Positions 17,511-33,519 of a DNA stretch of 64,000 bases are shown here, piece by piece. Each line of letters begins with the position of its first letter. Within the stretch, counting starts at the first letter, position 1. The notes below the pieces were generated by a model that worked only from the letters and a program-made list of their open reading frames with translations, was not told the DNA's origin and did not search any database. Source of the stretch: the human T2T-CHM13v2.0 reference genome, Homo sapiens; the NCBI RefSeq assembly GCF_009914755.1, contig NC_060930.1; one strand, given 5' to 3'. The position numbers and the translations under genes are program-made.

Positions 17511-19210
17511 GCAATAAACCATCAACCTGTTTTGATTGTGTATTCGTTGGCAGAGATTAACATGATTTTTGACTCCTATTGCACTAGTAGTTAATTTTGA
17601 CTGGGGACAGACAGCCAGAAAAGGACTGAAGCAATCCTAGCTAAATGCCAGAATTCACCAGTACCGTTAACAGAGGAATATGTTGTTACATTATATCCTA
17701 ATGTACTTTTTACAAATAAGTTTTCCCTAGAGCTAGCTATTCAGTTGGCGTGTTCCCTCATTCTCCGTATTCCCTCATATTCTCCATATGGTAAGGTTTT
17801 TCAAAGGATGTAACATTAATGTCACATTATCCTTAATGACAGTGTCAATATAACAATATGTAAGTTCCTTCTTTTAAAATTTACTCCTGCTTCAAATTTC
17901 CCACTGGTATAGCATGGTAGACCCTAGCTGTCACCCCTAGCTCTTCGGACCCAGGAGTAGGATGCAGCCTTCAGACCGTAAGTGGTCCAAATGGTGAGGT
18001 GGGAGTACTTTAAGTAGTAGAGCCTAAACTCTTTCACTTAAGTGAAGGCAAGAACTACAACTGTCCAGTGGTTTTAAATTTTAGTTTATCATTTGTTTAA
18101 TATTCCCACTTAATTCCAAAAAGGAAGTTGAAGCAATCTATTTCATTGTTTGAGAAAGCAGATTTAGGCTCAGAGGAGGCCTGATAAGCAAAATATTAGG
18201 TTTCCAGCATGGTTCCTTATGCAGAGAGACTTGAGTCTAATAATTCCCCCTAACCTGGATATTATATATCATTTTGGAAAGTGATTGTTTTCTACAGGGT
18301 CTAATCCTATGACGAGAAGCAGCAGGGACAAAGCCATGCAGAAGATACAAACATAATTGCAAAGTTCTAGTGCACGCCTACTGGGAAACACCTTTTTTTC
18401 TGATAAAATGCCGGAATCATACACACATATGTTTTTTGTTAGAAAAGTTTTGTATATTTAAATGATAATCTTTCTGAAACATGTAAGTCTCTAAATAATG
18501 GGTTTCAAATGTTTAATCTGTTGTTAATAAGCATAGTGAATGAGATGCAAAACATACTCCTGGGGCATGTCAGAGTTACATAAAATAACTCTATCTGTAA
18601 CTTTACTACTTTTTATTCCATATAAAAAAGTATATTAAAATTGAAGTAAAAGTAATGTTATTTATTAATACTTGAATCTAGGTAGTAGGTATAAGACTAT
18701 TGTTCATTGTACTAGTCTTTGCTAATACTGAATTGTATAGTTATATGAATATTTAATTTGGGGGTGGATTCAATAGAAATGCAATTAGTATAAACTATTG
18801 AGGTAGTTTCAATATTGGGATAATATTGAATCTGTTGAATCTAAAATTACCCTAATAATAATATCAACTTAAACAAACATTTTACTAGAGACTTCTGGCC
18901 TAGTCATGATGGAGTAACTAGTACCAGACATCCCTCCACTCTCAGCAACCACAAAACCACACACAATATATAAAATAACTATGATAAGACACTGGACGGC
19001 ATTCAGGGAGGACTGTGATTCCTTAAAGAAGGGAAATAGGTAATCTATACATACAAAATGGCTTCACTGATAAATTATCTCAAACATTTAAGGAAAAAAT
19101 AATAATTCTACAACATTCATTTTAGAAACACTTAAAAGCTTAAAAAAAAATTGAGACAGAGTCTCACTTGATCACACAGCCTGGAGTGCAGTGGCACAAT
19201 CATAGCTCAC

Positions 19211-19303
19211 TGTAACCTCCAATTCCTGGGCTAAAGCAATCTTCCAAATAGCAATCCTAGCAAGTAGCTAGGACTACAGGCAGGCGCCACTACACCTGGC
19301 TAA

Positions 19304-19340
<37 letters not shown>

Positions 19341-19453
19341 ATAGGGTCTCACTATGTTGCCCAAACTGGTCTTAAACTCGTGGCCTTAAGTGATCCTCCT
19401 GTCTCAGCCTCCCAAAGTGTTGAGATTATAGGGACGAGCTGTTGCATCCAGCC
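19211..19453 (-). mobile_element. AluJ with (TG)n in the middle linker
   Basis: Reverse diverged Alu; (TG)n at ~19306-19336. Confidence 0.88.
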
Positions 19454-19454
19454 A

Positions 19455-21480
19455 ACAACTCATTTTATGAGTCCAAAACTATTCTGATATCAAAACCAGA
19501 AAAAGACATTACAGAAAACTGACTAATATCGTCATGAACATAGACGCAAAAGTCCTTAAAATTTTAGCAAATTGAACCCAATGACATAGAAAAAGAATAA
19601 TGCATCATGATCAAATGGAGGTTATACTAGGAATGCAATGTTAGTTTAATGTTTGAATATAAACTGATGCCATTTAATAGAATAAAGAAGAAAAAGCATA
19701 TGATCATCTCAATAGATGTAGAAAAGCATTTGACAAAATTCAACAACCATTCATGATAAAACCTGTCAACAAACACAGAAGAAAACTTCCTCAACCTGAT
19801 AAAGCAGTGGTCCCAACCTTTTTGGCACCAGGAACTGGTTTCATGGAAAACAGTCTTTCCACGGACATGTGAGGTGGGCGGGGTGGGGGGTGGGGAGTGG
19901 TGGTTTCATCAGGGCATTAGTAGATTCTCATAAAGAGCATGCAACCTAGATCCCTCTCATGCGCAGTTCACAAAAGGGTTCACAGTCCTATGAGAATCTA
20001 ATGCCACCGCTGATCTGACAGGAGGTGGAGTTCAGCTGGTAATCCTTGCTTGCCTGCCGCTCACTGCCTGCTGTGTGGCCCGGTTCCTAACAGGCCATGG
20101 ACCAATACTGGTCCACGGCCCAGGGGTTGGACCCCTGTGATAAAAGACACCAATGAAAACTTTATAGCTGACAACCTATTAATGGTGACAGATTAAAACA
20201 TTTTCCCCCTAAGTACTGGCCTTGATCAGGGCCAGTATTTCTACTTTCACCACTTCTATTAGAGGTCTTAGACACCTCTATTAGATGTCTTCAACAGCAC
20301 AAAAAGACAAAAATAAAGAAGAGGCACAAAACCATAAAAGAAAGAGTAAAACTGTCTTTATTTGCAGATGATATGATTACACAGAAAATTCTAAATAACT
20401 TAACATAAGCTACTGGAGCTAATTAGTAAATTTAGGAAGATTGCAGGATATAAAGTTAATATATAAAGTTCAGTTGTATTTCTATATGTTAGCAAATGAA
20501 CATTTGAAGACTGAAACTTAATACCATTTAGAATAACACCAAAAACTCAAAATATTTAGGAATGCACTTAATAAAATTTGTGTAAGACATACACCTTGAA
20601 AAATTATAAAATATTGCTAACAATCAAAGAAGAAAAACAAATGGAAAGACACTATCACTTATCGTTAAGATGTCAATTCTCCCAAAATTGGCCTGTAGAT
20701 TCAACACAAGCCCGATCAGAATCACAGAAGCCTTTTCTGTAGAAACTGGCAAATGGACTATAACATTTTTCTAGAAATTTGAAGGCCTTAAAAGAGGTAA
20801 AGCAATTCTTAAAAAGCACCAAAAAAAAAAAAAAAACAAAAAAAAAAAACAAAATCAAAAGCAAAAAACCAAAGTTGGAGGATGTATACTATCATTAATT
20901 TCAAAATTGCTATAATGCCATGGTAATCAAGACAATGTGGTATTGACATAAAGACAACCAAATAGATCACTGGATAAGAATACAATATAAGAATAGTCCC
21001 ATATATATTGATTTTTGACCAAGATAGCAAAGAAACTAAAAGGGGAAAGGAAACACTTTCATCAAACGGTGTTGGAACAACAAGCTATCTATGCAGAAAA
21101 AAACACTTGAAATTCATACCTCACGCTAAACACAAAAATTGATTTGAGATGAATCATATTGCTAAACACGAAAGCTAGAACCATAAAGCTTCTAGAAAAA
21201 AAACACAGGAGGTTATTTTTACAACTTACAGATAGGCAAATATTTCTTTTTCAGCACACACAAAGCACTAATTGTACAAGAAACAAATTGAAGAAATGAA
21301 CTTTCATCAACATTTAAAACTTCTGTTCATCAAAAGACACTGTTAAAAATTGAATAAACAAGCTGCAGATGGGAAAAATATTCACAGCATATATATTTGA
21401 CAAAGGACTTGTATCCAGAATAAAAAATAGCTCCTGTGACTCAATAATGAAAAAGACAAACAATCTAATTTTTAAAAAGC
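19455..21480 (+). mobile_element. old L1M ORF2 (RT region) fragment
   Basis: catatgatcatctcaatagatgtagaaaagcatttgacaaaattcaac (HMIISIDxEKAFDKIQ) and tttgcagatgatatg (FADDM). Confidence 0.85.
19805..20137 (+). mobile_element. MER1B-type hAT-Charlie element
   Basis: cagtggtcccaacctttttggcaccagg...ggcccaggggttggacccctg; 8-bp TSD tgataaag/tgataaaa. Confidence 0.88.
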
Positions 21481-21484
21481 CATC

Positions 21485-22030
21485 AAGGAAATTTCTGCTT
21501 CCAGAAAAATTGAGTAGACGTACTTTTCTCTTATACTTTCTGCCAAGGACAGCTAAAAAAACCCTGTACATTTTATATAAAACAAAGAAAAGAAGACTCT
21601 GAAAGGTGGAAAGAAGGCAGACCAGCAGTTGACCTCGGGATCACAGAAACAAGTGGGTGAGCTCCCTGGGCTTTGTTTTTGCTTCATATACATATATCCC
21701 AGACTAGTTGCTTGAGAAGCCAGCAACCTGGAAATATCAATGGAAACACACACACACACACACACACACTCACACAATCACCTAGAAAAAGCCTGCTCAC
21801 TCTTGCCAAAGGATCAGAAAGGGACAGCTTAGGGAGACAGAAAACTATTAGACAATAATGACTCTACTCCAGCTAAACACCACAGAAAAATCTGTGATCT
21901 CACCCCCGTCCCTGCCTGCTAAGACCAACTGGGGACCGTACCCTTGTGAGGTTATAATGAGGCACCCTACGCATCCTTCCTTCCTGCTTCCCCGCTTAAG
22001 GTGGTGTTAGAAATCAGAGAGCTGGAAAAA
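21485..22030 (+). mobile_element. old L1M 5'-region fragment with (CA)n
   Basis: cttccagaaaaattgagtagacgtacttttc...gactctgaaaggtggaaagaaggcagacc resembles L1MD-type 5' ends. Confidence 0.5.
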
Positions 22031-22474
22031 AAGTCCTGGCTTCACTCCACTCTGATTTCAGTTGTTCAACTTTTTAAAAAAAACCTGCTATGAGTTGATG
22101 AATCACCATTTTAGCCTAAATAACTTTAACTAGATTTAACTGAGAGCTCTAATTCAACTTAAAACTCTTTTTGCTAAGATCTAAACTCTACGTACTCTCT
22201 TATCTCAACTTTCCATCCTTTCATGCTTCTGACTACTTGATTCTTGTTTTGTCTTTAATTGCATCAGCCATGCTTGCCCCACTTCCTTTAGTGCCCAGTC
22301 TATATCCTATACTGCATCTCCTCAATGATGCTTTTTGTTTAAATGACTTTTATTGAGCTATAATTTGCCTGCATTATTCAGCCCCTTAAAATGTATAATT
22401 TGTTCAAATGTCTTATCATAAAAAATGATAGGTAAGCAAGGTGAGGGATCTATATATAAATATATATATGATAC

Positions 22475-22799
<325 letters not shown>

Positions 22800-23549
22800 T
22801 AATCATTCCACATTGCATACACACATCAAAACATCACATTGTACTCTGTAAGTGTATACAATTATGTACTCTGCAAGTGTATACAATTATGATTTGTCAA
22901 TCAAAAGTAATATTAGTAATACATTTTTAAAAATGTAAAACGCCAAACACAACAAAATATACAATTTCATGAGTTCTAAGGCATGCAAATACAAGTGAAA
23001 CTACAGCTACAACCAATATATGAGTATTTTCATCACCCTCAAAAGTATTATCTTGCCTGTCATCAGTCCATCCGTCCCTCCACCCTCAACCCCAAGTTTT
23101 TGTGACTGTATTTGCATTCTTACTATAGTTCGTATTTACATTTTTATGTCTGGCTTCTTTCACTCGTCAGAATGGTTTTGCATGCATGTTGCATTTATCA
23201 GTAGTTTGTCTCCTTTTCATTGCTAAGTAGCATTCCATTGTACAGCTAGACAGTACATTTTGTTTATCCACTCACCAAGTGAAAGGCATTTGGGTAGTTT
23301 CCAGTTTGGGTAATTGTGAATAAAGCTACAATGAACACTCATGTTTTTAAAAATGATGGCACAGAAGAATATTTAGTGATAGGGAAAGATGTTCATGACC
23401 AATTGAATTGTTAAATGAAAAAGGTTACAAAATGAACCCTTTTTTGTAATAAATATATTGGCATAAATAAGTAAATACACAGAAAAAGTCCAAGACGTTA
23501 ATGAAGGTTATGGCTGGGTGTTGAGATTATATGATTTTTAAGTTAAAAA

Positions 23550-24460
23550 ACGAAGTGGGCAAAAGAGTTGAACATGCACTTCACAAAGGAAGATGTGCCA
23601 ATAAGCACATGAAAAAGCACTCAAAATCACTAGGCATCAACGAAATGAAAATTAAAGCACAATGAGATACCACTACTCATAGCAACAAATATGGGCAAGG
23701 ATGTGGAGCAATGAGCACTCTCATCCATTACCGGTGGGGATGTAGAATTGTGCAAGCACTTTGAAAACTGGCCTGGCAGTTTTTCATAAAGTTAAACATG
23801 CACCTACTCTATGACCTGGCAAATGCACTTCTAGGTATTTACTCAGGAGAAATGAAAACATCTGGAAACAGAGAAGACTTGTACATGAATGTCCATAGCA
23901 GCTTTATTCATAATACTGAATACTCCAAGAAGAAAATTAGATTTCAAAAAATGTTTTTCTTTTCTCTTTTCTCTTTTCCCAGCCTTGGCCTCAACAAAAA
24001 TAGCAACAAACTAGAAACAACCCAAATGTCCATCAGCAGGGGAATGAATAAACAACATGGATATTTACATACAGCAGAGTTCTGCTCGGAGATAACAAAA
24101 ACACAATAGCTCCTGATACATACGACACATGGATAGGCCTCAGTATTGCTATACCGAGTGAAAGGAAGTCAGGCACAAAAGGGTACATATTGTAAGATTC
24201 CATTTATATGAAGTTCTGAAACAGGCAAATGCAATCTATTGCAAAAGAAATCAGGACAGTGGTTTCAAGTGGGGCAGGGAGTGGACAGAGATTGACTGGG
24301 ATGGCATGATGGAAATTTTGGGAGTTATGGCAATATTCTATATCTTAATGGGATGTGGGTTATACAGATGTATGCAACTGTTGAAACTTGTCCAACTGTA
24401 TATTTAAGACCTGTCGTTTCACTATATAAAAATTATACTTCAACAAAAATAAGGAAAATT
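23550..24460 (+). mobile_element. L1ME-type 3' fragment
   Basis: Degenerate ORF2 end and 3' UTR motifs (gaaacaacccaaatgtccatca; gattccatttatatgaagttc). Confidence 0.7.
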
Positions 24461-25047
24461 AAAAAGAAACAAAATCTAAATCTTTTTATTATGAAAGTTT
24501 TCAAGCACACAAAAAAGTAGAACGTATACTGTACTGAGCACTCAGTCATATTTGAGTAATCACTTGCTAGCTTCAGTTATTGGTAATAAATTGCTTAAGA
24601 CATAGGTCCCAACAGTTCCCTACATGTTTGTGAGCCAAGAATGATTGAATGTTCACTTTCTAATGAAAGGCCTTTCTTCTCCCCTTGACAGGTCTCATGA
24701 TTTGGTAGCATTTTCTTGCCTTCTCAGGGATTTCAATGGAATATCAGAATTTGACTCATTGAGATCTATTGAATAAATTTGGTCATTTTTAAATATCAGC
24801 GGGGCGTCATCTTTTAGGGCTTTTCCACTAGTAAACATTGCCTTTTAGAAGAAGATACCCAGGACTAATTATTTATTCTAAAATAATCTCAATATTTTTG
24901 CTATTTCACCAAGCAAAGAATTACAGCGATAGTTTATACTAATACTTCTCTGCATCATGTTTTAGAAGATAAATGAATAGAGAGAACGAGGCAGATTTAG
25001 GTTAGAATACTGTTTTTACCAATTGTTTTCTATGTGACTCTGAATAA

Positions 25048-25203
<156 letters not shown>

Positions 25204-25344
25204 TAGCTGGGATTACAGGCATGTGCCACCATGGCCGGCTAGTTTTGTATTTTTAGTAGAGGCGGGGTTTCTCCATGTTGGTCAGGCTGGTCTTGAACTC
25301 CCAATCTCAGGTGATCTGCCCGCCTCGGCCTCCCAAAGTGCTAG

Positions 25345-26108
<764 letters not shown>

Positions 26109-26249
26109 CTGGGACTATAGGCATGACTACTGTGCATGGCCATGAATAAGTTTCTTAATCTTTCTGACCCTCAGTTTCCACATCGATAGGCATAAGAATA
26201 CCTATCTCAAAGTGTCATAAAAAGGATTAAATACTGTCTGTGAAAATGT

Positions 26250-26547
26250 CTCATGTCTGTAATCCCAGCACTTTGGGATGCCAAGTCTGGAGGATCCTTT
26301 GAGGCCAGGAGTTCAAGAGCAGCCTGGGCAACTGTCTCTACCAAGAAAAAAAAAAAATTAGCTGGGCGTGGTGATCCACCTGTAGTCCCAGCTGCGTGGG
26401 AGGCTGAGGCAGGAGGATCACTTGAGCCTAGGAGTTGTAGGCTGCAATGAGCTATGATTGCATCACAGCACTCCAGGCTGGGTGACAGAGGGAGACCTGT
26501 CTCAAAAAACAAAAAACAAAAACAAACAAACAAAAAACAGAAAAAAA
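26250..26547 (+). mobile_element. AluJ, 5'-truncated
   Basis: TSD gaaaatgtct at 26242 and 26548. Confidence 0.88.
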
Positions 26548-28104
26548 GAAAATGTCTTGGTATATGCCAGGAACTTAGTAAATAGTACTACCTTCTCTTA
26601 ACTCCTTAACAGAAGGTAAGAATGAAGAACATTCCTTCCTCTGTATTTCAGAAGTAGGTACACTCTTTGGGGGAATTTATACAAGTCCAATTTGAACTCT
26701 TTTACAGGTGAGGTTGGGAAGGATGGGTCAAGGTAGGTGGGGATGGGTGAGGGGTGAGATATCCTTACCTTTTATCTCCCTAGAACATCATGAATATTTT
26801 ATAACTACTAATGATGAAAATATTGTTTGTACTCTCTATTTTTCTCTGTGAAAGGGTGTTTGGAAAGTCATTTCTTGTTGTTATGTTTGGTTTCTAGTGC
26901 TCCCTGGGAAGCACTGATCTTGGATTTGGCTGCTGTGTGGGAGACCAGTGTTCCTCTTAGCTGATGGTGGAGACTCACGTCAGTGCAGGCTGCAGCGATG
27001 ACTCTCAAACTGTGAACAATGCTCCCCAGTGTGTGCACGGGAGGGCCAGCATATGGAGACCTCGCGGAGAGCCAAACGCGGGCTCTCTGCACTTCCTTCA
27101 GTTTTGTTTAAATACAGGATCCGGTTTGCCTTTGTCACCCGCTGTAGCACCACCAGGCTTCATTCACTGTGAAGCCTTGCCAGATCTCTGTAATAAATTA
27201 CCTGGGAGGCCAAGGCGGGAAAAGAGGAAAGAACAAGGTAAAGCGCTTTGAAATCTGACTTTCTCCCTGGAGTGTTCAGTGTTGCCTATTTAGAAGGTGC
27301 AGGGTTGTGCTAAGGTGTGTGCTGGGAGCTTTGTAGGCTAAAGTTTGTAGAAAAAGTTTGGTTCATTTCAGTCATCACTTACAAATTTTTTCTATTAAGT
27401 GTTTAAGATTTCCAAACTTAAAAAAAAAAAAAAACAGGTTCAGAGTATTTTTAAAAAGGCATTGGTCATTTGTACAGCTTACATTTCACTAAATCTTTAC
27501 AACAATTTTGAGAGGTAGGTAATACTAGTATCCCTCATTTTATACTGAGGAAACTAAGGCTCAAAGAGGCTCAATGCTTGTCTGGTATCATATAGTCAGT
27601 AAGGAATAAAACCAAATCTTGAACCCTGGCTTCCTGGCTCTGTGTCTTTTCCTAGCAGACTGACCATCAAGGCTGGACATCCCTTTCAGTTCTTTTGAGA
27701 ACAGACTAGTTGGCTAGATGTGAAGAAAACAAGCTTTGGAGTAATCTTCCCTCTGCACAGCCTGTGATATTGGGATCCAGTGAGTGACGGTGAGAGGTGG
27801 AGATGTATGAACGAGACCTGAGACGTTGGACCTGAACATCACAGCAATCACTTGCAGGGCTAAGATTCAGGGCCAGCTGTCCATGGATTCTCCCGAGTTG
27901 GATCGTCTTTCACACACCTGCTTCCTGAGGTTACATCTCTTTTCCAGCCTAGGAGCAACCAATAAAGAGCAGAGAGCAAAGAAAAGCAGACACACAAATC
28001 ATCTCTAGACTATGTCAAGGGTATCCCCAAAATGGGAAAGAAATTCATGAATGTACACACAAAATGTCACGTATTTTTGTTTTACATTAAAAACACTGTG
28101 TCCC

Positions 28105-28455
28105 AGAAGTAAGGAGTAGAATGGTGGTTGCCAGGAGCTGAGGGGTTGGGGACATGGAGATGCTGGTCAAAGGGTACAAAATTTCAATATGCAGAATGAA
28201 TGAGTTCTGGAGAGCTAATGTACAGCATGGTGACCATAGGTAATCATGTGGTATTATATTGTGACATTTGCTGAGAGTAGGTTTCAAATGGTCTCACCAC
28301 AAAAAGGAAAATGGTAACCATGTGAGGTGATGTTTATGCTAATTAGCTTGATTGTGGTAATCATTTCACAACATGTATGTATATCAAAACATCTCATTGT
28401 ACACCTAAATATATACAATTTGATTTGTCAATTGTACATCAATAAAGCTGGAAAA
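28105..28455 (+). mobile_element. L1MA/MB 3' UTR
   Basis: gagtagaatggtggttgccagg...ttgtcaattgtacatcaataaagctgg. Confidence 0.8.
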
Positions 28456-29248
28456 ATGTATTCAATCCTATATAATAGATTGGGAAATTACATAGCCATA
28501 TCTGATTATGAATTCAGCAAAGCTTTTAAATATGTTTTTATTTTACTATTCACAAGAGCACCTTGGTGCATTTGAAATTAAATCCTTCAATGTGGAGAAA
28601 ACAAAACACTGTCTCACTGAGCACAAAGCTTGTTCAATATTTTTGTCAGCGCGATGTATTTTTGTTAGCAATGTTGACCACTGAAATGATTTCCTTAGCA
28701 GATAATTTTCCAGTAAACCTCCCACATCATTGCAAACTTCCTGTTCCCAGCTGCTCTTCCTCTTCTTAAGCCCCTCATTATAGGCAGTAGGAGAGCTGAT
28801 AATCAGCAGAAAATTAAGCTGGCAGGGTGTGTGCTTAAAGGCGTCAATTTCCAAGGGAAGGAAGTGTTCATTTTGTTTTGTTTTATTTTGTTTTTATGAA
28901 GCATTGCTTTTTACTTGTGTTGTGCCTTTTGAACTTAAGCATTATTTTTTGACAATGGAGACTTTTGGTTTAGTGCAGTTCTCTGTAACTGGACAGTACT
29001 CAATAGAAATTGTTGAATTGAATGTTTAACATATGCTTCTCTTTGACCAAATAAGGAATATTTTATGGGCCATTTTTCATTTTAGATGAGCTTATAGGAA
29101 TAGGCACTCTTTGGAAATTGGAGAAATTAATTCTTAGGGAGTGTAGTCCAAGTTTAATTCTGGGTCTTTGAGTGATACTTTTAAAACAAGTGCCTTTGAC
29201 CCTTGATTAAGTACAAAATAAGCACATAGCTAATGTAAACCTCTTAAA

Positions 29249-29445
29249 TCAGTGGTTATCAGGCTTGGCTGCACAGTGGAATAACCTCAAGTGGGATGTG
29301 TGGGAGAATTAAAAAAAAATACTGCTGCCCGGGTCTCAGACTCAGAAATCCTTATGTAATTGGTCTAATCTACAGCCTGTCTTCAGGGTTTTTAAAAGCT
29401 TCCCAGGAGATGCTAATGGATAGCCAAAGCTGACAACCATTGTCT
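29249..29445 (+). mobile_element. MER5A-type MITE
   Basis: cagtggttatcaggcttggctgcac...tttttaaaagcttcccaggagatgctaat. Confidence 0.7.
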
Positions 29446-31134
29446 TTAATGAATGAACACATTTAATCAGCCTGTACTAAGTACTAGGCACTGACGCTAG
29501 GCACCTGTTTCTGTTATCTTTTATTAATGTGGAAATTGGCACTCATAGAAGTTGATTTGTTTACCATCACAGAGCAGAAAACTGTTGAAGATGGAAAGCA
29601 AACAACAACAACAAAACCTAACAGTCCTATGGCCTCCCCACATTCTTTGCCATTTACATCATAGTAGTTAAAAAATATGCTGGTGACTGCAAAAGCCAAT
29701 GTATCAACCTTTAAAATGAAGAAATAATGAAATGAAAACTAACTTTGTTGAAGATTAGGACAGTCCTTGGGATGGTATGTGATATAAGTTTTAAACTCTG
29801 TGTAAAAATAAAACCTGAGTGCAAAGCCTGTTGGATATATGTCTACTTCTGCCACATTCTATTTTCCAAAACCCAGCAATATCTTCTATTGAATTGGAAA
29901 TTGTAGACTAATGTTAAGAAGGGCCTAATGTCAGCCCTCACTGCATTGGGCACCAGAGATGTGTTTAGTCACTGAGAAGCAGGACCTGGATAACTGCCAC
30001 AGAGAAAACAGGGGCTGAGCTGTCCACACAGTGAAACTCACAAGGCACACAATGGCAAAGTCAGTTCATCCAAAGGACCTGTTGTAAACTGCTAGGCTGC
30101 GGCACTGAGATTGTGTGTCAGTTACAGATATCCAAGCTGCTTTGAAATCCAGGGAGCAGCTAATCAGTTAAAAAGCGTTCAACTGAGAAAAAACAAAACT
30201 TCAACCATACCCAACTGTGACTGTGATGGAGAAGATTAGCGCCTATCTGAAGGTGGTTTGTGACATTAATGTGTGTGTGTGCTGTGTAGGTTTGGTCTGA
30301 ATAACCCCTTATTCACAGCACCATGATTCAGGTGCCCTGTCAATGCTTCCTTCTTCTCTCTAAATTCTCCTCCTTCAAGGTCTTGCCTCCATCCTCAAAC
30401 AGTGTTGGTCCATCTGCTGATAAACATATGGAATAAGCAGGACTTGTAGACATTTTTAGACCCTATCTGGAGCAGTGAGAACTGTCTATTTCAGAAAAAG
30501 ATAGAGACAAAAGCAGATGCAGAAAGGGAGGCAGACACAAAGAATGAAAGTGCCAAGTAAAGAAAGTGACAGGCAGGTTCTTGGAGACTGAGGTAGAGAA
30601 GCACAGACAGGATAAGACAGAGAAAAAATAAGGCAGAGACAGGGAGAACCCCAAAAAGAGAGAGAATAGAAAGAAACAGAGGTAGAAACTCTTGAGAAAG
30701 CTAGGCAGACAGTAATGACAGCTTCAACCGGTCAGTATTGGAGGGAGAGAGGAATAGAGAGAGGTAGCAGAGGAAGTCAGATAGGAGACAGCGGTAGTCC
30801 AAGAGAGACACATTCCGAGCAGAGGCAGACAGGGTGAAAGGGAGATGGAGGTCAGCAGAGAGCTAATGCCAGGCAGGAGTATGGAAAGTTTTGTGTGCAT
30901 TTCTCCTAGAGAAATGAGAAATGGGACTGGTTTGCCAGGAGAGACAGCCTTTCCAGTCAGGACTCTTGAAGTGTATGATTGTAGTCATCCTAAATGGAAA
31001 TGGGATTCCTTCCTCCCCAAGCCCATTCCTGCTCCATCTGGAGGGCAGTCTGGTGAATGTGGTTTTCTATGCTGGTATTCTGGGCCGTAGGAGGGCCTCA
31101 CAGAACTGCAGAATGTTGGAACTGAGATCTGCAT

Positions 31135-31702
31135 GGTAGATGTGTGTGGTTTCTTGGCCAGCCCCTCTTCACTTACCCTGTTTCCAGGAACGGCCTCCAA
31201 TGTTTGTGGGGGATCCACCCTTCCCCACTTTCCATCCCTGTGGTTTTTGTGGAGTTGACAGTCCCTCCCTACCACCTCGCATTCCAGGGATGGTGTCCGA
31301 CCCAGGACTGGCATATGATCCAGAGTGTCAGTTTCTCCTGTGGTCAGTGATTGGTTCAGGGATAAGAACATAACTCAGTCTCATTTTGGAGGGTCTGTTT
31401 GGGCTTCTGAGTTTGCCCTCAAATCCACATTTGAACCATGGAGACATGTTGGCTGGTACTGGGGCTGCCATCTTGCCGCCATGCATGGTCTGAAATGAAG
31501 CCAAACACATGGAGCAGTAGAGAGTAAAATAAAGAACAACTTGGTTCATGTGGCCTCTTTGGAACACTGTTCAAACTGTTTCTGAAGTTAGAACTATCTC
31601 TAGATTTTATTTGCAAGAGCCAATAGAGTAACTTTTTGCTTAACAGTTTAAACCAGTTTCAGTTGGATTTTCTGTCACTTGCAACTAAATCCTAACTGAT
31701 GT
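31135..31702 (+). mobile_element. old ERVL LTR (LTR16/LTR33-like)
   Basis: gctgccatcttgcc and terminal ggattttctgtcacttgcaactaaatcctaactgat motifs. Confidence 0.55.
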
Positions 31703-31953
31703 AACGTCTTAGATACCATGCATCACCACATTTTATAGAAACTGAGTTTAAGTAATTCATCTAAGACTATGGCTAGTTAGTGGCAGGATATGAACTAGGT
31801 TTTTTCTACTATGTACCCCCTTAAACCCACTCTTTCATTCTCTCCACTTTATTTTATTTTTAAATTAAGATATAGGGCTCATTTCAAATATATGTTTTTA
31901 CTCCAGTGACTTCATAAGTTCTAGAAATGCTAGCCCTAAGCAAAATTGCCACC

Positions 31954-32260
31954 TGATATGGTTTGGCTGTGTCCCCACCCAAATCTCATCTTGAATTGTG
32001 GCTCCCACAATTCCCATGTGTTGTAGGAGGGACCTTCATGGGGTGGGTCTTCCCCATGCTATTCTCATGATAGTGAATATGTCTCATGAGATCTGATGGT
32101 TTTATAAAGGGGAGTTTCCCTGCATGAGTTCTCTTCTCTTGTCTGCCACCATGTGAGACATGCCTTTCACCTTCCACCATGATTGTGAGGCCTCCCCAGC
32201 CAGGTGGAACTGTGAGTCCACTAAGCCTCTTTCTTTTGTAAATTGCCCAGTCTCAGCTAT
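31954..32260 (+). mobile_element. THE1-type MaLR LTR
   Basis: tgatatggtttggctgtgtccccacccaaatctcatcttgaattgt...ccatgattgtgaggcctccccagcc. Confidence 0.9.
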
Positions 32261-32588
32261 TTCCCCTTTCTGTGTGTCCTCTCTCCCTTCCTAAGCCATG
32301 GTAAGCAGAATATGACAGATATCATTGATACTTTTATGTGAGCTTACCATACAGAACATTTACCTTTTAAAAAAGAACAATAAAAAGATGCCAAATAAAT
32401 AAATTTCTAATGCAGGAATTCCAAATATTGTAGCATGTGGTTAGAAGACATGCTTTGGAGTTGCCGAAACTTCTTGGAATTCTTTGAACTGTCAGCTCTG
32501 AGCACTAGGTCCAATATTTATTTATAAGATTATGAGAGAAATTACTGAAGAATCCTGAAATGTGTCTCTCATATAACAAAGTTTAGAG

Positions 32589-33070
<482 letters not shown>

Positions 33071-33519
33071 TTATATGTAAGAATAAACTGAGAAAGGTCG
33101 ACTATGTGATGTAAAATCTCAATACTGCTTTGCTACAGTCCCAGAAGTTAAGCCTCACTCAGCAAAGATATGGGCTAGGGCTTCTTGAGACACAGCCTGG
33201 GCAATGGAGGGTGGGGGCTGGTGTCCTGCAGGTGAACCCACTTGTGAATCAGAAGCCAGAATATAGCCAGGAGTCCATGAGTGCTCAGATCGGCTGATGC
33301 TTGGGTGGTAGGAAAACTTTTTGAAATACAAATTTAGGGTTTCCCCCTTTCCCATAATTCCTATTAGTCTAGAAGCTGCCCTACCTGTGCTTCTCTTCCC
33401 CAACTCTCTCCATTCCAGGCCACAGCTAGAATAGCTCTATTCTCATTGCATCAGGGAAGGGATGATGTAGTACAAGTAAAAGAAGAAGTCTGTTCCCTGG
33501 CTTTCCTATATCTAAGTAT

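Noticed and set aside
22840-22889. 25-bp tandem duplication
   Set aside because: Simple local slippage in an L1 3' UTR; two copies, no spacer, not CRISPR-like
30500-30850. GA-rich low-complexity tract
   Set aside because: Degenerate simple sequence with no periodic unit or coding signal
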